From: Phoronis australis
Taxonomy: Eukaryota > Animalia > Phoronida
DNA: 38,508 bases
Assembly: GCA_002633005.1 (NCBI GenBank)
Contig: NMRA01000136.1
Coordinates: forward strand, 503,238-541,745
Direction of reading: 5' to 3'
Shown here: positions 1 through 12,900 of the stretch, piece by piece
Layout: the number at the start of each line of letters is the position of its first letter
How positions within the stretch are numbered: position 1 is the first letter of the stretch
Notes under the pieces: generated by a model
Databases searched by the model: none
Seen by the model: the letters and a program-made list of their open reading frames with translations, nothing else
What the model was told of the DNA's origin: nothing
Made by a program: the position numbers and the translations under genes

Positions 1-954
1 GAGGTGTCAGGTTCAAAAGTGCATTGTTGCGAAGTTATCAACGCTTTAACTTGGGATTATTCTCTGCTCGCCTTATGATAATGAGGTGACAAAGGAAGCA
101 CGGACTACTCTCATTGGTCAGTGTCTGGCTGATATGCTTTCCACTAGCCAATGAAAGAAGGGTCGCATACAGAGAACATTCAACTTCATGTACGTCTGCT
201 TCCAGAGAAGCGATTAACTGTGACAGGATTCAATAGGATTCTCTTTGGAATTTGTCATTAAACTCGTGGTTTCTGATTTCACTACATTTACAAGTTGGTA
301 TTTTGTCTAATAATTCTTGTGTACCTCAAATAATCACCTGCTAAGAATCTGGTGATGACACCTCAACTGGCGCTATTCGCACATTCATTTAGCCGTATGT
401 CTTACGAGACTGACCAAGACTTGTGCTTTCGCAACTCCTGAAGCTAGAATTGACTGAGGAAACAGAACATGTTTTCTGAAGATTCAAGTAAAATTTTACC
501 ATTTATAGCAGTTCGAAAGAAAGTAAATGAAGATCTAAACCTACAGGAAAATGTAGCCGTACAGAAGAAATAATACGCTTTCTACAGAAATACTGAAAAA
601 TGTAACTATCCGGAATATAAGGCTGTAAGCCTATATTTGACTTAAAGGCCATAAGACTTCTTCACATAAAATGCCAGTAGATATCTTTCTAGTGTTATCT
701 TTGAATTAGCCATGACATGTACTATCACAGTTAATAAAGTATCAACTGACTAAAACCATTCCATGGAAATATTAGATTAAATAATAAAACAAAAATAGCA
801 CATGTTGCAAAGGACACAGTAGATTGCATATGTCAAAATAATGTGTTAAAATTGGATGTCCTTTTATTCAAATATAAACCTCAATGTTGCGAATTTGTAG
901 TATGCACTGACAAGTTCGAAGTTGTTGAATTTGTTGTGTATGACAGGCACCAGT

Positions 955-1167
955 GGCCGGTTGCATGAAACAGTCCCAAATAGGGACTCATCTACTATGT
1001 TTTTTAACTTTTAAGTGCACTTGTGGAAGTGTGAAAACACTGATAGCCCTTTCTTGTGGTTTATTTTGATTACTAATTCAGTTCTAGCTGTGTTTTCATT
1101 ACTGAAGAAGTAGTTGACAGGATAATTTGCTGTAGTTGCCAAGGGTTTTCAAAATAGTGCAACTGGT
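955..1167. mobile_element. Old MITE, copy 1 of a family also at 4370
   Basis: tgaaacagtcccaa..gggactca...aaacactgat shared with 4381-4460; weak terminal inverted match. Confidence 0.45.
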
Positions 1168-3588
1168 TTTGACATAATAGTATTTTGTTTTCGTGCGTGA
1201 AGTGTACGCAGCATTTATTTTGTTCTATGTATGTGACCTTGCTTTTAATTGACTACAGTGTCACTGTAACAGCCAGACTTTAACCAACGAGAGTGGTTCT
1301 TACTTTGTTACCTCATTATCATAAGGAGAGGGGAGATTAATCCCAAGTTGAAACGTTAATAACTTCTTTAATTCGCAAAGTTTGCTTCAAACATGAATTT
1401 GCCATGAAAACTTTATTTAAAGGAGTCCACCGCCTGACTTAAGCGGGAGAATTCCCGTCCCAAACGATGTCAAAAAGATAAAATAATGTGGTGAAACAAT
1501 GGTAGGGACTGACAGTATGAGATATTTCTCTATTCTTAAATCACTGTAGTAATTGAATTACTGTCTAACGAAACCAAGTCGGGATCAAGCGGAAGTCGCT
1601 TTTGCACTCTCATTACTCTAGTAAGGGCCAATATGAAAAGTCCGCTATTAACTCGCGAATTTCTTGCGTCTACAGAACATGCCCCAGGCCATTGAAATTT
1701 TACACTGTATGAACCAGTTATACAACTAGAGAATTTACGTAAGTTTTTGTGCCAGTCAGCAGTTTTGCAAAATCTTACGAAATCCACACACCTTGCGTAA
1801 CCTTACAAAAACATTGATGAAGGTTAAATTTCTGAGCATTTACTCAAGTGAAATCGAATTACTTATTAAACTAATGTGTCTCACTGATATAGAATAACAG
1901 ATTGACAAGACCTCCAAGATATCTAGTTTCAACATCTTGGTCTCCGTCACTGGCCAAACAGAACATTCTCGATAACCAACCTATTCCGACCTAATGTAGA
2001 GTGATGGTCGTAAAAAGTTATAACTATAGCAGCTTCTTAATTAAGCAACCTTTATCCTAACAACGCATGACGATTGTGCAATGTTTTTCGAATAATGTGT
2101 TTTTTCATGGATTGCTACCCTGTATTTGCTAAGAAAGTGCATTGTATAATGACTGTGCCGCGGTGTTATTGTACAAGTATGCTGTAATGGACCGGGTGAA
2201 TACCTACCTACCTTCCTACCCCAAAAGGTCCTCTTACACTCAAATGTATACAATATAACGGTGTTTCCACAAAAAAATCACAACTCCTAGAACAAAATCC
2301 AAACTTTCCTTAAATGTGATTGAAATCCCTTTTCAGGATAAAATATACATATTTGTTGACGCAAATGCAATTATTTACTGAAGTTAAAATACTATCTCCC
2401 TGTCGAGAAAATGTGCATTTGATGTTCTTAAAAGCAAGAAAAGGAAGGAAACCTTTTATCATTTGCTTCCTTATGACTGCCGCTTTAACTTGTACTTAGT
2501 AGTCCCTTCATAGTGTTATACCACTGGGGATAAGAAGACAATGCACGATTTAAGATTATCAAATATAATAGGATGAAAACTGAGCTTGAACTGAGGGCCG
2601 TAGATCGCCGGGCAGCTATGCATCTCAGCCATAATATCGTTGCTTGTCAGTGTAAGGCATTCCGGCTGATTTCATACCAGGCACTTCATAAGCAAGAGAT
2701 TTTTCCATGCTTTCGACACTATACACATTCTACTGAATGTCAAACTGTAGTAATCTTGCTCGCCGTCATGCGCATGATGGACTCGCCTTTTGCGTAGTCT
2801 CTCTTTTCAAATGCCTTTTTCCCCCCTTGATACTCTTCTCATTTTGAAAACTCGCCAAAATTTTTGAATTTAGGTTTTAAATTCTGCCAATAGCCCGAGT
2901 ATAGTAGACGACACAAAGTCAAAGGGGTTCTGACGTCTCGTACCACGACCAGGGCATTTGGAGCATTTGCGCAGCTAGAGGTCCTGGACTCTATTTTTAT
3001 GAAAACCGAGTCAGCGGTGCGGTTTTTTGAGTTGCTCCCACTTTAAAAAAGAAAATCAACTTGAGACAAACAAAAATTACGCGAGATTTTGTTTACGCAT
3101 AGCTTGACACACCATGGCGTTTCAAACTTTACCCTTATTTGCGTTCCTGCAGCTTTCAAAAACACAACACTTTGGCTGAAATTAATACGGGCGGACGCCT
3201 TTTTTAGTCAGTAAGCGTAGGTCACAAAATAAGACGGGAGTAAAGACAAGAACCAACTTTGCTTTTTGGCTCAATCTGTAGGGCTGGCGAGCCTTTTTTA
3301 ACATTTATCGTTTCAGTTCAATTGCAGGCTATGTATCTCAGTTTTTGGCTGAATGTTGGAACCGATGGTAACGTGGCAAGGAACTTTTTAAGTCCATTTT
3401 TTAGGAATATTTAACATATTTCTTGACTTCACGTTTTGGTAGAAAGAGGGAATGCCGGTTTAACTATCATGAAGATTCGGAGGACGACAATAACTTAACT
3501 GAAGAACACATCAAAAAGAAACTAAGTAACACTTTCTGTTTACAGGTGTAGCATTGAGGACCATTGAAAAAGCCAGTTAATCAAAAGG

Positions 3589-3631
3589 ATGCTGGTGTCT
3601 TCTATTATTTTAACGCTGGTTGTAGTTACAG
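3589..3631 (+). CDS. Duox: DUOX coding exon 1 (signal peptide MLVSSIILTLVVVT); exon probably starts at 3546 with 5'UTR
   Basis: Acceptor tgtttacag ends 3545, ATG at 3589, hydrophobic peptide, donor G|gtacgt. Phase 1 fits the next exon. Confidence 0.75.
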
Positions 3632-6600
3632 GTACGTCACTTCTTTATTCATATATACATCCGATAGAAACATACAGGTTATCTCACAGACATAGGAATA
3701 CTAATGCTATATCCTATCGAGAATTCATTGGCGTGGAGACTTTTCACACAGATCTTCCCTTCTAATCAAGGGGAAAGAAAGTAGAGAAGACATCTCATAG
3801 CTCAGATTGTGTTTAGCGACCTGACAAATTCCAAATAGCCACGAATTCGCCACTGCGAGTATCAAAGTCAGATAATAATTCCCTCTAAATTCGTTTCAAA
3901 GTTCGTGCTGACTTCTAAACTTTTACATTACTACCAGTAACAATTTTCCAAGATTTATTACTTTTGATTCAGAATTGTTCCGTTTATTCCGTGAAATCAG
4001 AGCATTTGCCACCACGTTTAAATTACAAGAGGACGTAAACCGACAGGAGTCGGTAAAAATCAGGCAAGACCGGAAAAATTCGCGCTACTAGCCCCTGGGG
4101 TCGTCTTCGTTCTATGTTTGGGAGGAACTGAGTTACAAAATGAAGGTACTCCTACATTTAGGCATTTACGGGAAATTGGGTGGCGCTACGACCGTCCGAC
4201 TTTTTGAACCACGGATAAGACACCTGGGAATTGATTTAGGCACCGGCCCGAGATTTTCAGTTTTGGCGGCCTTAGATTTCATTTGGCGAACTGCGATTTT
4301 TGCCAATGCGACTTGGCGTTTAGCTAAGTGTTGAGCGTTGCATCCGGCATGTTTTCAGATTACAAATCAATGACGTGTGCGTGAAACAGTCCCAACTGGG
4401 ACTCAAGTATGTTCGCTAATTTTTTAGCTCATTTGGGAACTTGTGCAAACACTGATTATCCTTGTTTGCAGTTTTATCTTCATTGCTACATCAGGGTTGA
4501 TACAAAGCGAGACTGAACTATGCATTGAATTCCTAATACTATGATTAATGGAAAAACAGGTGATCGTTTCATGCAACGTCCCAAATTTAAGTCTATTGAA
4601 ACTGATTCCAAAGTCAGATTTTTCATCTTTTACGACAACCTGAAGTACAGCCGGCTACTTAAAAAACAAAAAAACGAGCAAAAAATACACCCAATCAGCA
4701 GTTTTCACCCTAAAGTCACCATTTGCATGATTACTAAAAACTGAGAGACAGTGACTCCAGACTGGCAAAACTCTCCATGGGAGAAACCAGGCGAAAAGTG
4801 GGTGTCGACCAGCCAGATTTTTACTTATCTAAAGTGTCTAAAGGGTACCTGAATTTCTTGCTAAATGTCAACTTCCAGCTCGCACCAGTCACCACGGCTG
4901 AGCAGAAAGTAGGTCAAGGGGTCAAGAACTGATAGCCATTCACTCAGAACAGACTAAAAGACCAAGCAATGCCTTTTGTATCCTTCACATGCTGCACAAA
5001 ACTAAAAATGCCCAGCCAACCCAGCAATTTTTAATGAAATTCAACTGTAGCTAAAAAACTAGTGCCCCCATAAGTAAGAATTCAAGCACACCACATTTTG
5101 GTTACATCACGTGACCTATAGTTAAGTCTGAAAAAAGCTCTGTCCCGACCGTAGTGCGGAACTTTGTGCTAACTTAAGTTCAGTGAGCTATCTGGACCAA
5201 GACAACGGGTCGATTACAAAAATCCAAGCAGACCTAATGGAATTCATCTTACCCAAACTTGTATATGACTGTATTGTTTCAAACTAGCGCATTGATATTG
5301 TATAATTAGGAATTATTAGTCTTCATACACGCTCTATGATGGTCACATCACGTGAAAACATCTCTGTCCCGACCGGGGTTCAAACCCGAGATTTTCTGCT
5401 AACCGTGCAGACGCTATAGTCCACTGAGCCCACCGGTTAATTGCAGAAATCCACAAGCAGACTTAATAGACAGCATCTTACCCAAATTCGGAAGTGCATA
5501 TACACTATAAAATTGTGTTGTTAAAGCCCTGTCGTGCATTGGCTTTCGATTAGTTCGTCAAATATTTCTTTATTACAGGAAGTTTGGGTGTGGAGTTTGC
5601 TCGCTATGATGGTTACTATAACAACGTCAATAACCCAGAATGGGGAACACCAGGTATGAGAGAACAGAGGATAGGGGTGGGACAACAGTGTGTTGCGGCC
5701 AGAGGTGGCCAAAACGGAGGCGGAAACAGCACAAAAATGGTGACGGTTGTGAGGAATTAGTGGCAACAGAGGGTAGGGGCAGCACCGTGGTACTTTTAAT
5801 TATGGTTTTTGAGATCAGCTGATACACATGCCAGCTCTTAAAGAATATTGCAACAGACTTTTACAACCTTTGTTACGAAATCAATCATGAGACATTTTCA
5901 TGGAACTGACCAAATTTAAAAATTAAGACACATGTTAAAGCTCTTTTTGTGTATTATCAAGTGATGTACGTGTGTTTATTTAACACTTACCGAATCATTT
6001 AAGGTACGCAGCTATACCGCAAGATCCCGGCAGCCTACTCAGACGGAACGTACGCCTACCCTGACGGACCTAACGAACGTCTGATCAGCCAATACACCCT
6101 GAATGGCCCATCAGGGTTGCCGTCTTATATGAACAGAACGTCGTTCTTGGCGTTCTTTGGTGGGTTTTTTACGAGAAGTGAAATCAGTAAATAACATACT
6201 TTTGTAAGCCTGCTGTAGATTTTGAAAAAATGACAACTTACACCATCATATCTGTTGCGATACTAGAAAAGTGATGTCGTTATTACCGGTCAACAAGCAC
6301 ACTTACCACCACCATTAACATTACCACCAACAGCACCACCCACCACCATAACAGGCATCACCCCCACCCAGCCTTTTGTGTTCATTGTAACAACAGATCA
6401 TGTGTGCTGCAAGACTGTCATCATTGGTTGGCTGATATGTCGTGCATGAACTTCCGAGCTCGTTCAAGCCCCTTCAAGAATTGGCAAGTTGTCGTGTTTT
6501 GGGGAATTTTTGATACAAAAATTGGTTATCTGTTAAAAAATGCAGGTATTGTCTGACCTTATCTACATTTGAAAGCTTACAAAGTACTTTTTACTTAAAG

Positions 6601-6902
6601 TTGGGATAGATTGAGTTACCCTAAAGAGCCGAGTTTACGCATACCTAATCTTGAGACGGTGGGCGATTTTAGGTCTATCGTTACTAAGAAATTCAGCCAA
6701 AGAGCGAGTGGCCTTGGGGTCGGATTCTCAGTTCAAAGTGTGGAAATTCGACGATTTAAGACGTATTTTGAATACATTAAACGGGATATGCGATGGAGAC
6801 GACTGCCAAAATTCGATGCCTAACCTCAGAGTTTGCAGGGATAGCCAAAGTATTTCAATTTATTTGAAAATTAAGAAAATCCTCCAAAAGCGTTGCAAAA
6901 GC

Positions 6903-6996
<94 letters not shown>

Positions 6997-9900
6997 ACAT
7001 ATGTAATTGGCTAAGGTACATGATAACGTCACACAGAAATAGGCGAAATTCTTATCGAACATAGAACTCTACCCCTGGAATTCCAACTTCCGCACCTGAT
7101 CTGTGTATTCTGTACTAGAGCTTGCCACCCCGCGACTAGCCGCGAGAGTTTACACTGAGAATTTCTGACTGCCTGCTCGAATGAGATTTGATCGAGATCT
7201 GTAGTTATCAAATCAAGCCAATTTCATTACTTTCATTTTTAATTTGTTATTATATTATTCATCAAGCGAGACTCTTGAGGTACGGTTCCATACAATCAGC
7301 GATTTCTCTGCAAAATTATAGTCAACGAACCCCACGATTACACTGATGGCCCTGGGTGGATGGCGTGAGTATTTTGGTCTCAGGTATCTTTTCAGCTCCA
7401 GTCGACACTTTTGACAATTTATCATACTGCATGCCAGGAGTTTTTCAGCAAAACATTTTTGAATGCTAAAATCAGGTTACAGTATTTTACGGAAAGAAGT
7501 TACATTAGCCCAAACGAGAGGTTTAGGCCCTAAAATCAGATGTACTTACGAGACTTTCAAAAAAAATTACTCATAATTGCGTGCTTGTGCGTGTGTATTA
7601 CTGTTTTCAATTGTTACTCTAATAATTCATTTGTGCAATGTTTACCTGTTGCCCAGATGCTGTTTTTCGCTAATTTGATTTTTGAGAAGTACGCCCGTAG
7701 TATTTACATATACTCGTGAAATGAAATTAAAAATGAAAAGTTTACCAATCCAGTACTTCGCGTTGCTGATAACGTACAGTGTATTTGCTAATTGTTATGG
7801 AAAGTCCTACACTGCAACCTATGTGATGAGCTATCCACAGCACAAGCAATGTGATGAGGTATCTGCAGTACAACCAGTGTGATGAGCTATCCACAGTACA
7901 AGCAATGTGATGAGCTATCCACAGTACAACCAATGTGATGAGCTATCTGCAGTACAACCAGTGTGATGAGCTATCTGCAGTACAACCAGTGTGATGAGCT
8001 ATCTGTAGTACAACCAATGTGATGAGCTATCCGCAGCACAACCAATGTGATGAGCTATCTGCAGTACAAGCAATGTGATGAGCTATCCACAGTACAAGCA
8101 ATGTGATGAGCTATCCACAGTACAACCAATGTGATGAGCTATCTGTAGTACAACCAGTGTGATGAGCTATCCACAGTACAACCAATGTTATGAGCTATCC
8201 GCAGTACAATTAATGTGATGAGCTATCTGCAGTACGTTTAAAAGCTACGTAATGGATGTTTGTCCATTTCTTGTCTATTCGGAAACGTTTGTCAGCAAAT
8301 TTCGGATAGATACTTGAATTTCTTTTTTGAATTTTTCGTAAATGTCAGTGCATTTTGAATTTTTACTGAATAATGTAATTGTATTAAACGGTACTAAAGG
8401 TCCAATTAATTGTTGTATATAAAGATGTATAATTTTGGATGAATGCCTCACTAAATTATTCACTGCAAGTGTGAGGAATCCATATTCAAAAACATTTGTC
8501 TTTATAGGCTAGAAATCTCTTTGAATCAGTGAAATTATTTCCCTACTGGATTAACTTATCATTTACATAACCTCTGTGGTTCATTTCCCTTTCTATGTTA
8601 CTATTACACGCTTTTTTCGCATGTTGGTGAAACTCTTGGTTTTTAGATTTTAATAAATAATTTGAAACCAGTCAAGTATGCGAAATGATAATTACTTGTG
8701 ATTTAAACAATGTATCTTTTGCTTCACCAAGAACTGACAAATGGCTCATTAATGACATGGGTCTTATGTAATTCGGTTGAAAAACGGCGGATACGCGAAA
8801 AGTTTTAATGACAGTTTATTCCATAACAAGTTCACGCACCACACCAAACAAATGCAAACAACTCTCACGCATGCGCGGCGCAGCCTCAGCGGCCGCGAGA
8901 TCTAAACTAGCATTCAGGGGCTAGAGCTTGGAAGAGCATGAATTAAAACATCTATAATTACAGTATCCTTACTAGTATCGTGACTTTGAAGACAATTTTG
9001 CCAAACCACGCAATCTAACACTAATGAATGTTTTTTTACATTATCGTTACCAGCCCTACAGTGTACAACATACACACTTTCAAAATTAAACACCATTGTC
9101 ATCATCATTATTGACAATCATAATTGTCATCGCAGCCACTGTCGTTAATGTTTCAATACAGACTCGACGCTGCTTGACAAATTCTTCGTCTTCACTAACG
9201 CATTGCTGAGCTTGTGGAGAATTCGGTCCTTCAGCATCAAATGATAAACGATGCAATCTGCTTATTCATTCCTCCAATTTCAATCTGCACCAGTAGAAAG
9301 CTTAGTGGGTGAAGAATCTAAGCTATGAGGGATGTGCTAAACAGCTAATTATCCAACATTTTGCTATAAAAACTTCTTACAATACTTAGGGTCATATTAA
9401 CATTATCGTTGATTTCCAGAGAACCTCCAGTGATACGTTGTTGATGGGTTTTAGGTCAGTTCGTCAGCATGGAAAGCATAAAAAGTTCCTTTCCCGGATG
9501 TCCGCGCGAGTTAACACCCACGGTCATCCCGAAATGTGACCCAGATTATGATCCTAATTGCACTGGTACGGCAAAGATTCCTTTTGTCAGAGCCAAGTAT
9601 GACATGCGCACGGGCCAGTCTCCTGGCAGTCCAAGGGAGCAGGTGAGATTTTCCAAAGTTTCATGTCACTGTGTGTAAGCAAATTGAGGCACGCAGGGTA
9701 ATTCTGTCGGCAAATTGCAACAATAAGAGCTAAGAAACTGACTTCGGGGTCCGAGTGAGGGTAAGCAATACAGTCATGAAAAGAACCTATATACTTACAG
9801 TGTACATATCCTAAGCGGTTGACCACTTTGCACACTACAGGATCTGCCAGTTTAGATCAAAGACACCATGCAGTTGTCGTTAATTAAATTGCCTCAGTCT

Positions 9901-12900
9901 GCTGATGTTATCATTCTCTAGATAATGAGACCCATCATAAAAAATGGGAACGAAAATAGAATGTTTTTGAAAACTTGTAAATAGCATATTTGAATAGTTC
10001 GTGAAAAGCACACGTGATTAGGTTTTTGAATTTGAAATTTGTACAAGAAATGTGACCTACACCACCAAAATAGTTTGTTTAATGTTGCGATAAAATGTTC
10101 CTCAATAATTCTGTTGGGTGTGAACATAATTGGGCCAATTACCATACCACCAGGCAGCAACTGGATTTTGAGGTAAGCCAAGTGTCATCGTACAATTCTT
10201 GACACGGTCAACATCAAAAAAAAAAGAGGAGACATTTTATCAATTAAAAGTTGTTGGAGACAAGTAAAGTCGTTCTCATCAATTAATGACTAAAGCAGAG
10301 TGGTGTACACTCCATATGGATCACTCTCATAAAACCTTCTCTCCTTCACCACAACAAACTCCACTACCGAGAGCTGGGTTCAGTTCGTGGTCAACCAAAA
10401 CAGCACCAATTGGTGACTCCTACTGTCACTTTTTTACAGACAAACGGCGTTTCGTCGTTCATTGACGGCAGCGTCATCTACAGTAACAGCTTGGTTCGTC
10501 TGTCACAGCTGCGACTGTTCAGAGACGGAAAACTGCGAACTCTCAACGACGAAGGACTGATGCCGCCGCTAAATGACAAAAACATGCCCGTGTTGAACCC
10601 ACCCCCGTCACGTGATCATAAGCTTTACGCACCGGAGAGACAGTGGCGTAAGTTTCGAAAATCAACTGTGATCGTGCTTTAATTCGCTTCTGCTTGTATC
10701 AATGCACATGGCAGTATCAATTAATTTGCAAGTGCAAAGTAGATGTATTTAGAACAAAGATTAAAGGGGCAAAGAAAGGAGGGAAGGCAGGGGTGAGAGG
10801 GATGGAGGGGGGGGGNNNNNGAGGGCGAGAGGGAAGGAGGGAGGTAGCCAGAAGGGATGCCTAAGGACAAACTATTCTACAAGTAACGAGGACGTTTGTT
10901 TTCATAGTGACCGGAGACGAGAGACTGTTTCAACATCCAGCAGTCCTAGCGTTCTATGTTCTTTTCATGCGATACCACAACCTAATGGCGACGCGCTACA
11001 AAACGGCCAACCCGACTTGGGACGATGAAACGCTATTTCAGGCCGCCAGGAGGCGCGTCATTGCTGTGCAACAGGTAACATGCAGCATATTGTTCACGTG
11101 GAAAATGTTTCCGATAACTACATCGGTTGTTCAGTTCTTGATTTTGGAAGTCAAATGACACTAGTTGCAGCATTTCCATTACCTTAAATACTAAAACGAC
11201 CCTGAACCCCTCGTTTCGTCCAAGATGTGAACGTTTTCTTTACTTAGTTGAGAAATGATTTATTGGTTGACAAGGAACTGACAATTCGTTATTCCTGGAG
11301 GCCATGATCAGCGCATAAAAATAGACGCCGTGACAAGTTAACTTGTAGAGACTGGTACCAAGCAAAAACCGAACTGTAAGTTCTTCCAAATCTCTGAAAT
11401 CCCCCGCCAATTTAACTTAAAGTAAAAATGACCAATTTCATAATAAAAGCGATCTAAATCAAAACGTGTTTTTGTGATAGATGGCGCGTTTAGGCTTATA
11501 ACTGCTTTAATAGGACAAACTCTGTTATAAACACATTCAGCTGAAAATGTTTATGTAGTTCATGGGTCACCAAAGAAAAAAATACGATTTATATAAACGA
11601 TTATCGTGAGGTTTTGTTGTCATTCCTTTCAGAAAATATACGTCTACGACTTCTATCCTGCTTTCAACAACGACACTTTGGAGCCATATACGGGCAAGTA
11701 TTCCAAAATAGCACATGACAAGCCAATCCCAACTGTCATCCGGTTACCTCAACTATGACACCCTTGTTCCCCATTGGCTGAGAATGTGCTATCTCACTTC
11801 GTCATCTGTGACCATTGTTGAACTGTTTCATACGCTTACCACTTTACCATGGAGATCTCAAAAGCAATTAAAACGTTCAGTCTTTGTTGTTGTCCCCTAA
11901 ACGTTTTCACGATTTGGCTGGAATTCCTTTTTGATGTCCAGATACCGACTACAGCAAACAAATTTGACTTTGTCAGTTGTCTGACTTTTAAGGAGACTGG
12001 GCGAAATTTAATGAAACTACGGTTTCGCAAACAAGAGGTCGTCCTTCAAGCCAACAACACTGATAGAATTACAGCCGCTGAATCTGATTAAACGGCTTCA
12101 GAGAACACATGCAATTCTGCAACAATATAATATTCTTCCGCGGCAACAGATGTAATCTAACCAATACATTTCAATTACTATGTTTTGTGTCTACAGGCTA
12201 CAAAGACTTTGTGCACCCTGGTGTCAGTCATCTGTACCAGTCAGCCGCATTCAGGTTCGGCCACACCATTATACCGCCGGGATTGTACAGGCGGTAAGTA
12301 CTATCCTTACGTTTCCTCTTGATACGTACACTCTATCACAGTGCTAAACGAAAGTTAGCACTGTAGAATGTTGTTTAATATGGCCTGCCATTGGTTAAAG
12401 TAATAAAACTGACNGTGTCGTTCATCATGTTTCCACAGGGCCACTTTGCAGTATAGGTGGCGCTGTGTCAGAGGGTACTTGATACGCAGCATTTGGGATT
12501 TGACTATGTAGCTTAGATTCAATAACTCTACGGTTTACATGAAAATCTGTGTAACTATAGTGAACACTACCATGGATGTTTATATTGTTTATCTCATGAT
12601 TACTACATGTCTAGAAAAAAAAACAGTTGAAATATTTTGTGGATTATCTTAAACCATATCTTAGTTGTGTGACAGCCATTGATCATGTACATGTACTTCA
12701 GCGACACAAAGTGCAATTTCTACAAGACGACCGAGAAGACGCACGAGCCTGGCGGATATCCAGCTGTCAGAATGTGCAACACGTGGTTCCATGGTGACGT
12801 AAGTATGAACAGGAACGGAGACTTCCGTTGGCCGAGGATTAATGTTCGTGGAATACGTGTGCATAAATTATAAGTGGTGATGATCTAGTACGCCCATGTA

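Noticed and set aside
1536-2797. Short upstream ORFs in the ORF track
   Set aside because: No motifs, no consistent splice pattern, and lengths expected by chance.
5365-5438. Functional tRNA genes here and at 28833-28902
   Set aside because: Incomplete acceptor or anticodon arms and non-canonical loops; better explained as SINE heads or pseudogenes.
6651-7064. ORFs with HTHTHT / CVCVCV runs
   Set aside because: Translation artefacts of the (CA)n microsatellite.
7821-8235. CRISPR array or C/D snoRNA cluster (each unit contains GTGATGA)
   Set aside because: Units are contiguous with no unique spacers, there are no cas genes, the context is a eukaryotic intron, and there is no CTGA D box.
8874-8910. 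Helitron 3' end (CGCGGC...GCCGCG hairpin then CTAG)
   Set aside because: CTAG is followed by C, not T, and I found no 5' end or second copy.
10771-10860. G-rich tracts as G-quadruplex elements (also ~15290, 26463, 30285)
   Set aside because: Simple homopolymers, two of them containing ambiguous N bases (10816-10820, 15303), so local sequence is unreliable.
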